From NCBI RefSeq assembly GCF_009834535.1, contig NC_045696.1:110548001-110612000 (forward strand): a stretch of 64,000 nt of DNA, read 5' to 3'. The translations under genes were made by a program, and so were the position numbers. Positions 28,016 to 40,200 of the stretch are shown piece by piece; position 1 is the stretch's first letter, and every line of letters starts with the position of its first letter. The notes beneath the pieces are model-generated. The model was given only the letters and a program-made list of their open reading frames with translations. It made no database searches and was not told the DNA's origin. Origin of the DNA: Camelus ferus. Its lineage: Eukaryota.

Positions 28016-28177
28016 AAAGTTCTATAATATATGATAACCCTTATTACAGAACTGACTTTTTTCCTACCCAGAATGCCATTTTTTATTGAGGGCAGCTCAT
28101 CCTTTTCTCAGGATTTTGTGTAAATAACAAAAGAAATGGGCTGTGACCACTTTTGCATTCTCCTTTCTTCCTCTCAG

Positions 28178-28332
28178 GTGAAGGTCGGGGATTTGAAATT
28201 GCCCAAGGCCGTCTTGGGCCTGGCAGGATCCACCACTGCATGAGAACAGTAGGTTTGGCTGAACGCGTTTTGCAGATCATGTGTGAACGGGCAAAGCAAA
28301 GGGTGGCCTTTAAGAAGCAGCTGTATTCACAT
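28178..28332 (+). CDS. ACAD11: ACAD11 coding exon (inferred exon 17)
   Basis: CAG acceptor, CAT|GTAAGG donor. 155 nt, (G)[51 protein letters not shown]. Confidence 0.96.
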
Positions 28333-30234
28333 GTAAGGACAATGACTCACTTGAATTTATTGTAGCCCAATGCACTACTCCAACCTTGAACCAGAACAGC
28401 AAAGGAAATGTCTCTTGGTTGCGAGAGATTTCCTTTGCATAAACAAGATGATTCTTTTCCACAAAGTGTATTTATATCTGTATTTAATTATAGTCTGATG
28501 AGAGAGAGTTATCTCTGAGAAAGATTAAATAACTCCTAAAGAGCTTCAACACCTCAGCACAGAATGTGGACAATTCCTGCGACTTCCTCAGACTCCTGTT
28601 CTGCAGGGAACCTGGTCTGATGGCGCTCTCTGTGCACCTGAGAGGGCTGTCGTAAGTAGGAAGGAAGCCTGGCCCTTGGGCTTTCTGGAAGGAATTAGGA
28701 CAGATAAGTGTAAAGATAAAGGAAAGTAGCCTAAAACTCAGTAAAAGGAGAGCGATCTAAAACGGAATGGACTGTTTCAGAAAGAAGTGAGCGCCCTGTC
28801 ACTGGCCAAATACAAGTAGAAATGGGACCAACATTTGGTGGGATGTTTATGATTTTTTTTTTTTTGAATTCTCATCTCTCAATTATGTACTGCTGAGTCT
28901 TTTGTTTACAAAGCACAGTAGACAATAGAGTTACAACCGGGCAGTATAATCCAAATTAGAGAATACTTATCAAGAAGGAAAAGAAGCTGTCATTTCAGAC
29001 TTCCTTGCTTACAAGAAATGTTGAAAGGAGCTTTCGAGCTGAAATGGAAAACTTTTTCAGAGATGTGAGATATCCAAATCATGCCCCACAAGACCCTTCT
29101 AACTTTCAAGAAGGCAAGAAAAACTATTATTAAACATTTAGTACTCATGACTGCTAACATGTAGTGTTAGGTCAAACTCATGGGGATAAAATTGTACTTG
29201 TGTTTGCCGGACGTGTACATTTTAAGTACATTGGTCCCTTTGTAAAGTACATTTGTGACACTTACAAAATTTTGCAGTACATTTTCTACCGTGAATTCGT
29301 ATAGGCCATGCTTGCTTTTTGTGAAATATTATTCAGCATATCTATGATTTAGTTGTAACAATGATTTCATGGAAAGACACAGCCTGCTTTATGGCAATCG
29401 CCTAGGAATAATTTGTGGGGAGCCCCATTAGTAAACGATGAGGGCAAGGCTTCAGCTGTTTGATGGACACCATGGGAGGAGGTGAGAAGGTGCAGATTTC
29501 CTAGGGCCATGGATGCCACTCGGCGCTGCTGCTGGAGTAGGAGCTATAGAGTTGCCCATGGCATCAGCTGTCACTTCTTACTCTTTTCTCTTTTCAAGGT
29601 TGCCATCCAAACCCTGGAGCAGGGTGAAGGGAGGACACCAAAGGCATCCTGAACACACAGAAGCACTCTGCTCATGTGCTGCTTTCACAAGAGATTTTTT
29701 AATGCTCTGCTAGAGGGCAGTTTCTCTCCTGCTTTTTAAAGTTAATGTATCAAGCAGAACAAGCCTGGGCTTAACTCTGCCTCCCTTCACTGGAAACCTG
29801 CTGCATTTGGCACGAGGGGAATGATCTGGCAAAAGCAAAAGAGATGTGTGAGCATGTTGTAAACAAAGATTGGGGCCAGCTGTTTTTTTTCTTTTTCAGT
29901 TTGTGAAAGTAACATTCCATTCTCCTGAAACTGGAGACCTCTTCTAGCTGCCTTCTAATTTATTCCAGGCACTAAAGCAAAAAGTTCTTTATCCAAGTTC
30001 TGTCTTAATAAATAAATCTGGCAACTCCTTAGAGCACCCACTTAATGCTTTTCAGCAAATCTAGGGTCCTTAGAGACCCAGCTGAGAACATTTTCTTTTA
30101 TTCTAAAGCTAAGAAGTAAATATATACGGGGTCTGTTCATGAAGTTATAATCACCCCATTTTACAACCATCAAAAAGACAGACTGCTGGCAACTTGCTTG
30201 ACATTAACAAGTTTGAGCCTTGTTTCAACCTCTA

Positions 30235-30545
30235 GGGCAGTGCCATTCAGTAGACATATATTGTGAGCCACAAATGTAATTTAAATTTTTCTAGTAGCTA
30301 CGTTTTTTAAAAGTAAAAAGAAATGGATTTCAATAATGTATCTTCTTTAACCCAATATATCTGAAATGTTATTTCAGTATGAAATCAATATAAAAATATT
30401 AGTAGTAAGGTTTTTTACATTCTTTTAAAATACTGATTCTTCTCAACTGGGTGTATGTCTCACACTTACAGTACATCTCAGTTCAGAGTAGGCATAGTTC
30501 ACATTTCGTGTAGTTAGTGGCTATCATATTGCGCATCACTGTGAA
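30235..30545. mobile_element. MER33/MER3-like hAT-Charlie non-autonomous DNA transposon
   Basis: gagccacaaatgtaatttaaatttttctagtagc...acttacagtacatctcagttcag...tagtggctatcatatt; ends CAGTG...CACTG. Confidence 0.75.
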
Positions 30546-30929
30546 AGGGAAACTGATCAAATAGTCACTGTTGAGGAAATACACCGCAGCAAACTTGGCC
30601 AAACATAAGAATGGCTGTGGGCAGCTAATGTGGCTCAAATTGGAGCACTATGATTATCTGCTTATCAGTCTTAACAAATATTAATCTCCATCATAAACAT
30701 CAGTTCTATGTTTAGAATTGGGAACTGAAAAAAAAAACCTACTACAGCCAACTGGAAGCATTTGTTACGTTTCCCGGGTTTCAGTGTGAATTCTGAGTGC
30801 TTGGTTGCTGGTAGGGTTTCGTCTTCATGGTTTTCCACTTACCTCCCTGCTTCTCTTCCAAGTTCTGACCAGTGGAGGAAACTCAGAGCATGTTCCCTAA
30901 GCCAAATGAAAAGCAAGTACTAATGTTTA

Positions 30930-33900
30930 ATGTTTTTGAGATCACGGTAGATTCACGTGCAGATGTAAGAAATAATATAGAGAGATCCTTTGTACCTTTG
31001 ACCCAGTTTCCCCCAATGGTAACATCTTGCCAAACTGTAATAGGTTATTGGAACCGGGATATTGTCATCAATACAGTCAAGGTACAGAGCATTTCCATCA
31101 CCATGAAGAGCCCTCACGTTGTCCTTTTAAAGCCACACTCAATTTGCTCTCACCCGCCTCCTCACCAACCCCTGGCAGCTACTGATCTGTTCATTTTTCT
31201 AGTTTTGTCATTTCAAGAATGGAATCATACAGCATGTGAACTTTGGGGACTGGTTTTTTTCACTCAGCACAACTCTTTGGAGAGTCATCCAGTTTATGTG
31301 CATCAGTAGTTTTTTTGTTTTTAGCTGTTCACCTGTTGAGGGATATGCCGGTTGTTTCCAGTTTTGAGCTGCTACCAGTTAAACTGCTATAAACATTCAA
31401 GTATAGGGTTTTGCATCAATGTAAGTCTTTATTTCTCTGGAATAAATGCCCAAGAAAGCAGTCGCTGGGTCGTATGGTAGTTGCGTGTTTAGTTTCTTAA
31501 GAAACCACCACCCTCTTTTGCAGAAGGGCTGTGCCGGTTTTCGTCCTCACCAGCTGTATGTGAGTGATCCAGTTTCTTAGGGGACGTTAAGCATGATGTT
31601 AGCTGTAGGTTTTTTATAGGTGCTCTTTGTTGAGTTCCCCCTCTACACCCAGTTTTCTGAGAGTTTTTTGTCTTGAATGAAATTATTTTCTCTGCATTAA
31701 TTTGTATGACCATGTGATTTTTCTTCAGCTTGTTAATATGGTAGAGTACATTGATGGATTTTCCACACTAAACTAGCTTTGTATCCTTGGAACAAACCCT
31801 ACTTTGTCATTATGTATAATTCTCTTTATAGATTGCTGAATTCTATTTGCTAATATTTTGTTAAGGATTTTTACACGTATATTCATCAGGGATATTGTTC
31901 AGTAGTGTTCGTTTCTGTACTGTTTTTATCTGGTTTTAGTAGCAGGATAATACCATCTTTACAAAATGGTTTGGGAAGTGTTGCCACCTCTTGTACTTTC
32001 TCAAAGAGATTGTCTAGATTTGTGTTACTTCTTCTTTAAACATTTGATAGAGTTCTCTAGTGAAACCATTTGGGCCTGGAAATTTGGGATGGGGGTAATT
32101 TTTAATCTAAAATTCAGTTTCCTTAATAGTTATAGGGCTATTCACATTATTTTATATTGAATGAGTTGAGGTAGTTTGTGTTTTTTGAGGAAGTGGTCTA
32201 TTTTGTCTAAGCTGTCAACTTTGTGTGCTTAGAATTGTTCACAGCATTCTTCTATTTTCCTGTTGATGTCTGCAGGGTCTTCAGTGACATCCCGTTTCAT
32301 TCCTGAAATTGGTTATTTGTGCCTTCCTTTTCCTTTGTCAGTCTTTTTAGAGGTCTATCAATTTTATTGGTCTCTTCAAAGAACATACATTAATCATTAA
32401 TATATAAAATTATACAATACAATGACTTAACAGTAACAGGATCTTTGCTTCACTGATTTTCTCTATTTTTCTATTTTCAATGTTACTGATTTCTACTCTG
32501 TCATACCTTTCTTTTTGCATTCTTCAGACTTATTTTTTTTCTTTTTTCTAGGTTCTTGGCATGGTAGCATGGATTATTGATTTGAGATTTTCCCCTTTTC
32601 TGATCTATGCATTTCATGCTGTAAATTTTCCTCTCAGCACTACTTTACCTGTGTTCCACAAATTTTTATATATCATATTTTCATGTTCATTCCATTCAGT
32701 GTATTTTTCAATTCCCCTTTGGATTCCTCTTTGATCCATGGAAATGGGTCACTTGGAATTGTGTTACTTACTTTCCAAGTGTTTGGAGGTTTTCCTGCTG
32801 TTTTTGATCCCATTGTGGGCACATACCAGTCCTTCTCAAACTCTTCCAGAAGGCTGAAAAGGAGGGAATACTCCCAAACTCATTCTATGAAGCCACCATC
32901 ACCCTGATACCAAAACCAGGCAAAGACACTACCAAAAAAGAGAATTATAGGCCAATATCACTGATGAACATAGATGCCAAAATCCTCACCAAAATATTAG
33001 CAAATAAAATCCAACAACACATAAAAAAGATTATACATCATGACCAAGTGGGGTTCATCCCAGGGGCACAAGGGTGGTTCAACATACGCAAATCAATCAG
33101 TGTAATACATCACATCAACAAGGGAAAGGACAAAAACCACATGATCATCTCAATAGACGCATTTGATAAAATTCAACACCCATTTATGATAAAAACTCTC
33201 GCCAAAGTGGGTATAGAGGGAACATGTCTCAACATCATAAAAGCTATATATGAAAAACCAACAGCCAGCATAGTACTCAACGGTGAAAAACTCAAAAGCT
33301 TCCCACTAAAATCTGGGACAAGACAAGGCTGCCCACTATCACCACTCCTATTCAACATAGTCTTGGAAGTCCTAGCCACAGCAATCAGGCAAGAGAGAGA
33401 ATAAAAGGGATCCAAATTGGAAAAGAACACGTAAAAGTGTCACTATATGCTGATGACATGTTACTATATATAGAAGACACTAAAAGGTCCACACAGAAAC
33501 TACTAGGGCTGATTGAAGAATTCAGCAAGGTAGCAGGTTACAAGATTAACGTTCACAGAACAAACTGTTTTATTTCACTTCTTAAAGCTTGTTGCAATTG
33601 GCTCTATGGACTAGGATGTGGTTTATCTTATTGTATGTTTTGTGGATACTTGGAAAGAATGCGTACTCTGCGTTGTTGGGTGGAGTGTTCTGTAAATGTC
33701 TCTTAGATCCTGTTGGTTAATGGTATTGTTAAGTTCCTCTCTGTCTTTGCTAATATCTGTCTAGTTGTTCTGTCAACATTGAGAGAGATGTTGGCATCTT
33801 CAACTAGGACTGTTGGATTTGTTTGCTGCTCTTTTCAGTTCTATCAGTTTTTGTTTTACATATTCAGCAGTTCTGTTGTTTGATGCATACATATTTAGAA

Positions 33901-35355
33901 TTGCTGTGACTTCCTGAAAATTTATCGTTTATTACATAATGACCCTCTCTCTCTCTAGTCATTTCCTGTGTTCTGAAGTCTACTTTTATCTGGTATTAAT
34001 ATAGCTATTTATGCTTTCCTTTGATTAATGTTTGCATGATTTTTTTTTCTTTTTTCTTTTTTCTTTTTTGTTTTCAGCCTGCCTACATCATTATATTTGA
34101 AGTGAATTTCTTCTAGATGGCATATAGTTTGGTCATGTTTTTTAATCTTTGTCTTTGTAATAATTGAGGTTAGGGCTTATGTCTACCATTTTATGTTTTG
34201 TTTTCTGTTTGTTCTGTTTGTAGTTTCTGTTTTCTTTTTCCTACATTCCTTTGGGTTAATTTAACATTTTTAGAATTCCATTTTATCTGTAATGTTTCTG
34301 AGTGTATCTCTTTGTATGGCTCTTTTAGTGGTTGCTCTAGATATTGCTTATAAATATATACAATGTATATATAAATATATATATACATACACATATAATA
34401 TTTATGTAGTTATGTATCTCACTAGTCTACTGGTGTCCTCATTTGACCAGTTTGAGTGAAGTATAAAAACTTTACCTCCCTTTAAATCCCTGTATAATAC
34501 AATTGTCATGTATTTTCTCTATGTACATTTGGAATGACATCACACAGTGTTACAAGTTTTCCTTCAACCATCAAACATAGGTTAGAAAATTCAAGAGGAA
34601 AAGAAAAGCCAATTGTCTGTAGCCATATTTTTTTCTTACTGTGTTCTTTCTTCCTGATTTTCCAAGGTTCCTTTTAACTCTTCTGTTTAGAAAACTTTCT
34701 TTAGCCATTCTTTTAGGGTCTACACGTGACAAATTCTCTGTTTTCCCTTATCTAAGAATGTTTTGATTTCTCCTCCTGAGGGAGACCCTTACTTGGCATA
34801 GGGTTCTGTGTTGACAATTCTTCTCTTTTAGCCCTTGAGAAAGACCCTGCCACTTCCTCCTGGCATATACACACACATTTTTCCAATAGGTGTCATTCCT
34901 CTCTGGCTACTTTCAAGATTTTGTCTTTAGTTTTTAGAAGTTTAACTGTGATGTGCCTTGGCATGGATTTCTTGGGTTTATCCTGCTTTGGATTCACTCA
35001 GCCTCTTAAATCTATAGATTATGTCTCTTGCAAAATTTCAGCCATTATTCCGTTGAATAGTTCTTCAGTTCTTTCTCTTCTTCCTGGGCTCTGATGTCAT
35101 AAATGCTAGATATTTTGTTATAGTTCACAGGTCCCTAATGCTATTCTTTAAAAAAATGTTTCAGTGTGTTTTCTCTGTGTGGTTCAGATTGGGTAGTTTC
35201 TTTTGTCCTATCTTCCAGTTCACCGATTTGTTCCTTTGTCCCCTCTATTCTACTCTCAAGCCCACCCACTGAGCTTTTTATTTAAATTATTATATTTTTT
35301 CAGTTATAAAATATCCATTTGGTTCTTCTTTATTTCTTCTATTTCTTTGCTAAGA
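30930..35355 (-). mobile_element. Old antisense L1M (L1MC/L1MD-like), about 4.4 kb, interrupted at 32819-33555
   Basis: Long T-rich antisense L1 sequence from the 3' end (30930) towards ORF1; residual ORF2-like peptide in ORF 31489..31713. Confidence 0.8.
32819..33555 (+). mobile_element. Internal L1 ORF2 reverse-transcriptase fragment, truncated at both ends
   Basis: Encodes [15 protein letters not shown]...HDQVGFIPG...[21 protein letters not shown]...SLYADDM. No 3' UTR, poly(A) or TSD. Confidence 0.92.
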
Positions 35356-35359
35356 GTTC

Positions 35360-36010
35360 TGCTAAAATGGCTAAAATTTAGAAATGCTGACTATACCAAG
35401 TGCTGATGGTTTGGAGAGCATCTGGAACTCTGATACACTGCTGATGGGAGTGGAAAATGGTGCAGTCACTCTGGAAAAGACTGACAGCTTCTTATAAGTA
35501 TTTACCTCATGACCTAACAATTCTACTCCTGGTATCTGCTTTAAAAAATGAAAAGATATATTCACACAAAAACCCATATGCAAATGTTTACAGAAGTTCT
35601 GTTAATAATCATCAAAAACTGGAAACAACCCACATGTCCTTCAACAGGTGAAGGATAAACAAATTGTGGTAAATCCCTTCAATGGAATACTACACGGTGA
35701 TAAAAAGGAATGGACAGCTGATACACTGAACAATTTGGATGAAACTCAAAGGCATTATGCTGAGTGAAGGAAGCCAGCCTCTAAAGAATACATGCTAAAT
35801 GATTACATTTATGTGACATTCTGGAAAAGGCAGCAGCATATTAATTGAGAACCAATCAGTGGTTGCTAGAGCTTAGAGATGGGGCTAAAAGGAGGCAGCA
35901 TGAGGGAGTTTGGGGGGAGATGAAACTACTCTGTATCCTGATTGTGGTTGTATCAGTCTGCACATGTGTTAAAATTCACAGAATTGTTCACCAAAGAAAA
36001 TAGTCACTGT
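35360..36010 (+). mobile_element. Old L1M 3' end (L1MD/L1ME-like)
   Basis: Degenerate ORF2 end and 3' UTR (aaaactggaaacaacccacatgtccttcaacaggtgaa...atgctgagtgaaggaagccag). Confidence 0.75.
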
Positions 36011-36484
36011 TCACTAAGTAAATAATAGTAACGACAGAATAAAGGACTGCTGGACCATCCCCGCACTGAAATGGCTTTATGAATTATCTAGATTGTCACA
36101 CCTCACTTGTAACCAAGTTTCAGTGGCACTCTGCAGTTAGCATTCAGGAGGGCCAGCTCAAGAGTTTCCTGATAGTAAGACAGTTGCTCAGGTCAGCCAT
36201 CTTGATTTTAGACATTGGGACATCCAAAATAAATGATTTTTCTGAGCAAATAAAGTTTCTTCCTAAAATCAGCCAGTATTACCTGCAGCATTCCACAGGC
36301 ATGTGGCTGGCTGGTATATCTCAAACAAGTTAACTCTTCCATTTAAAAATACATAAAGTAAAGCCTGAGAACAGTCCTCAGCATAAAGAATGTTTTCACC
36401 AGATGACAAGCCTGTGTCACAAGGGGACTTCAGACACCTGAGCTCATCTTATCCTCGTTTTTCCGGCCCTTTGCTCCCCTGCAG

Positions 36485-36601
36485 GAGGTGGTGGCTCACT
36501 GGATTGCTGAGAGCCGCATTGCCATTGAGGAGATCCGCTTATTGACCCTGAAAGCCGCCCACAGCATCGATACTCTGGGCAGCGCTGGCGCTAAGAAAGA
36601 G
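36485..36601 (+). CDS. ACAD11: ACAD11 coding exon (inferred exon 18)
   Basis: TGCAG acceptor, GAG|GTGAGG donor. 117 nt, EVVAHWIAESRIAIEEIRLLTLKAAHSIDTLGSAGAKKE. Confidence 0.96.
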
Positions 36602-36829
36602 GTGAGGCCCCTTGGACCATCATCTGCCAAGCCTTCTCCAGTTTTTCCCACTCACTGGACATTTCAGGTCTCATGGTGCCTTGAGGGCACTCAGAAGCTT
36701 CCATGTGATTTTTGTTTAAAGTGTGTGTCACTTGCTAGTTTTCCTTTCACTGGGCTGCTGCAGGGAATGATTTTCAGGATGCAGAATGTCTTCAACTTTC
36801 TTGAGATGCAGCAATAGGAAGGTAGGGGA

Positions 36830-37000
36830 ATGTTAGACACTATTCAGGCTTGGAATTGTACCCAGTGTGCCATTTTCTGCTAACCTCGTGACCTTGGGCA
36901 AAGAATCTAACCTGTCTGCCTGTGGCCTTGGGTTCTAGTGAAGAGCGACCCCAATGATGCAGAGCACTGTGCTGCCACATAGTAAATGTGTCACAAAAGG
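36830..37000. mobile_element. MIR SINE
   Basis: Core gtgaccttgggcaaagaatctaacctgtctgcct. Confidence 0.55.
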
Positions 37001-37414
37001 CACCTCTGGCCCCCTGCCTTCTTATCTTTCTGGCTTATTTAGAATAAGAACACGATCCTTTAATTATAGAAGCAATGCTAAGAGAAAACTGATTAGTGAA
37101 GACTTTTGTGATCCCTTAGGCGATGAATGTGAAATCCTGAAATCCTTTTGGAAACAAGGCAAATTGTAAATAAGTGAATAAAATGTGACTTGGAAGAGAT
37201 CTCTCTTTCCATAAGGTCTGTATTGACTGAAATACGGCCATTAGCTGTATTAGCGGATCTCTGTTGGCTTTCATCAAAGATCCTGTTTCACAAATGATGC
37301 ATGTGGGAAAGTTCCCCCATTTCATTTCACAAAGCAAATACAGATAATATCAAATTCTGCCACATTGTGAATTATCTAAGAAAGGAACATTCTTTTTATA
37401 TCTTGCTTATGTAG

Positions 37415-37524
37415 ATTGCAATGATTAAAGTGGCTGCCCCTCGGGCCGTCTGCAAAATTATTGACCGGGCCATCCAAGTGTGTGGCGGTGCGGGTGTTTC
37501 CCAGGATTACCCGCTGGCCAACAT
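37415..37524 (+). CDS. ACAD11: ACAD11 coding exon (inferred exon 19)
   Basis: TAG acceptor, CAT|GTGAGT donor. 110 nt, [36 protein letters not shown](M); ACAD QxxGGxG signature. Confidence 0.96.
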
Positions 37525-38183
37525 GTGAGTAGATGTCACTGAATCACCGTCTACATTTGATGGGCTTGGAGTTAAAAATCTACAGGCACCTTGATACTAA
37601 CTGTTTAAGGAGAAAATAAAGATAGTTTACTTTAAAGCGTAACCGAAGGCTAACTACAGTAATAAAGGTACTTCACTGTAGAGCTTAGTGCCAATAAATA
37701 GTTGCTCTTATGATTACAACTGTCATTTCACCCAGTTGTGTTCACCTTTACATGGAGGGGACTCACTGAGGGTCCTGGGCTGTAAATAACTCCCTGACAT
37801 GGAGGGCGGGCCAGGAGCAGAGCCGGCTAGCGGGAGCCCAGAGCCAGGCTTTACCACCCCCGTGGACTCCGTTAAACCTACTCGGTCTGCACTGTGGTTG
37901 CTGGGAGTCAAGAAGGAACACTCTGCATTGCCTGTCACCACTGGGCATGGTGCCACCTTCCCTGTCACCCTGGAGATCAGAGTCTGGTGTCCCATCAACT
38001 TTTAACCGTAAGAAAGAACTATGTATATAGTACTACATATTTATAGTGCATAAATGTTATGTATTTACACTTCGCTGCCTGTGGCTCACCTAAGATAACT
38101 CTTAGTTCTAGCAACTTCGAGTACTTACAGCACACCAACGTTTAAGCAATAAAGGCTGCACACTAAGCCCACTACGGCAGTCC

Positions 38184-38265
38184 TTGCTCCCCTGCAGGAG
38201 GTGGAGGCTCCCTGGATTGCTGAGAGCCACACTGCCATTCAGGAGATGTGCTGTTGACCCTGAAA
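38184..38265 (+). pseudogene. Partial duplicate of ACAD11 exon 18 with its splice acceptor (pseudo-exon)
   Basis: Hand alignment to 36471..36553 gives 74/83 identical positions (8 substitutions, one 1-nt deletion), including an identical TTGCTCCCCTGCAG|GAGGTGG acceptor. Confidence 0.92.
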
Positions 38266-38506
38266 CGCACTGCTGCAGTTTGCCCGATTGCCCTTTTAAG
38301 ATTCCACTCCCCAGTGAGGGGCACTTTAAAATAGCATTTCGCAAGCCCTTGGGTTTACTTTCCTTGATTTTCCCTGTGCTCTTTTTCTGATTGCTGCCTT
38401 GGCCAGATTCCAAACACGATAGTCTTGGCTTAGAATCAGTGATGATGATAAAGCTTCACGCTCCTCTTTGGGAAGTCCTGCCATCCTGCTCTGTGTGTCC
38501 CTCCAG

Positions 38507-38621
38507 GTATGCCCTAACGCGCACCTTGCGCATAGCAGATGGGCCCGACGAAGTCCACCTCTCGGCAGTGGCAAAGATGGAGCTGCGGGACCAAAGCAAA
38601 AGCCTGAGGGCCAAGGTGTAG
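38507..38621 (+). CDS. ACAD11: ACAD11 terminal coding exon (inferred exon 20)
   Basis: CCAG acceptor; (M)YALTRTLRIADGPDEVHLSAVAKMELRDQSKSLRAKV then TAG. The 11 exons total 1146 nt, one uninterrupted frame. Confidence 0.96.
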
Positions 38622-40200
38622 GGAGGGACACGGCCTCCCTTCACACACGCTTCATCGGAGCCAGCGTTTGACTCTCACTCTGCTTTTGCAGCAGATTGAC
38701 CACAGGATTAATGACTCACTTTGGTAAAGATATGATCCTCTCTTTTAATCAGTGGGCTTTATCATTTCAAGGGTCACGCAGGTTTAAGTGAAACAAGAAA
38801 TTCTGTAGCTGTTGTCATTCTGTCAGTACCTAAGTTGTGCAGCATTTATTGCTTAAACGTTCTGCTGGTAAAGAGATCATGAAGTAAATTGGGGCATTCA
38901 GGCATAAAAATATATTTTTTTTAATTTTGACATTCAGGAATTGTTTCATTAAATAAATATTCAAGGAATAATGAATCACTATTTTGTAAAGAATATAGTG
39001 GGATATCCTTTTTAACACTGGTTTCAGGGGATGGTTTAACACTTTGTGGTAATGTTTGCCCTGCAGAAGAATGCACAACCGACTGGGTCATTTTAGAATT
39101 TGCGTCATTTTAAACCACTTCATAATCCACCAAGCAGCATTTATACATACATAAAATCTGAATGCAGTTTAAAGTTTACTGGAAGACGTGGCATCTTGCG
39201 AGAAAATATAATTAAGAAAAAATGTAACTGTGTATAAAGTGATGAGAACAGTGGAAAGTTTAACCTACAAAAACGTTATATACTTTTAAGAAGAGATTCA
39301 AGTCAGTCTGCTCTGAACACCATTCTGCTCACAGCACCACCCGAAGCCAACAGCCTTGTGGTGCTTTGAGTTACCACTGCTGGGCCATGTGTGAGTCCTG
39401 AGGACCTAAATCGTGGCCAGCACAACCAGGAACTGAATTTTTAATTTTCTTAAATTGTACTTAATTTAAACACAGATTCTCAACTCAGTTACTGGAAAAC
39501 TTTTAAGTATGTTTGGACTAACTTGGGTATGTGAATCATCTTTTGCAAATGTAAATTTTATGAAATCTAAATGCAGAGCAAGTTTTTTGAATGAAAACCT
39601 AGCATCCAAATTAAGAAAGTGTAAAATGCACACCAGATTTTGAAGACTTAGTATGAAAAAAAGGTTAAATGTCTCATTAATACTTTTTTAATATTGATTA
39701 CGTGTTGAAATGGTATTATTTTGGATATACTGAATTAAATAAATTATCATTTAACTTAATTTTACTTGTTTCTTGTTACCTTTTTAGTTTGTGTGGATGC
39801 CATTGGAATAGTAACACACAAATTTTTTAAATTTTCAAGTGAAAATATTTTGATTTCAAAAAACTTTCAAACTCTTATTAGAAAGCATACACATCACATG
39901 GATTTGCTGATGTGCAGAGCTGATTTCAGTCATAACTTAAATGTCTTCTTGGAGTGGGGGTGGGGAGCAGGCCTTCGACGAAGACCTGCGTTCCGATTCC
40001 TTGGGTGCCTTGTGGGCGTCTTAAACATTTGCCTTTGAATCTTAACGTCGCTGCACCTCGTATTTCTTTCTCAACGTTGGAATTAACTTTTAAACTTAGA
40101 GGACCCTTATCTACTGAGGGCTTGTGTAGGAATCACCGAAGCCATATAGAGGCACTTTGATATTTGTGAACCACAATAAAGTATTATATGGCATCTTTAT
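38622..40200 (+). other. ACAD11: ACAD11 3' UTR with candidate poly(A) signals
   Basis: AATAAA at 38952-38957 (overlapping ATTAAA) and at 40175-40180. The true cleavage site cannot be determined from sequence alone. Confidence 0.5.
39375..39805 (-). mobile_element. Charlie1-like hAT DNA transposon fragment
   Basis: aaacttttaagtatgtttgga...aatattgattacgtgttgaaat; reverse-complement homologue of 51175-51650. Confidence 0.7.

Noticed and set aside
35340..35380. Orientation switch between antisense and sense L1M, possible twin-priming inversion
   Set aside because: Each block has its own 3' end (30930 and about 36010), which fits two independent old insertions better.
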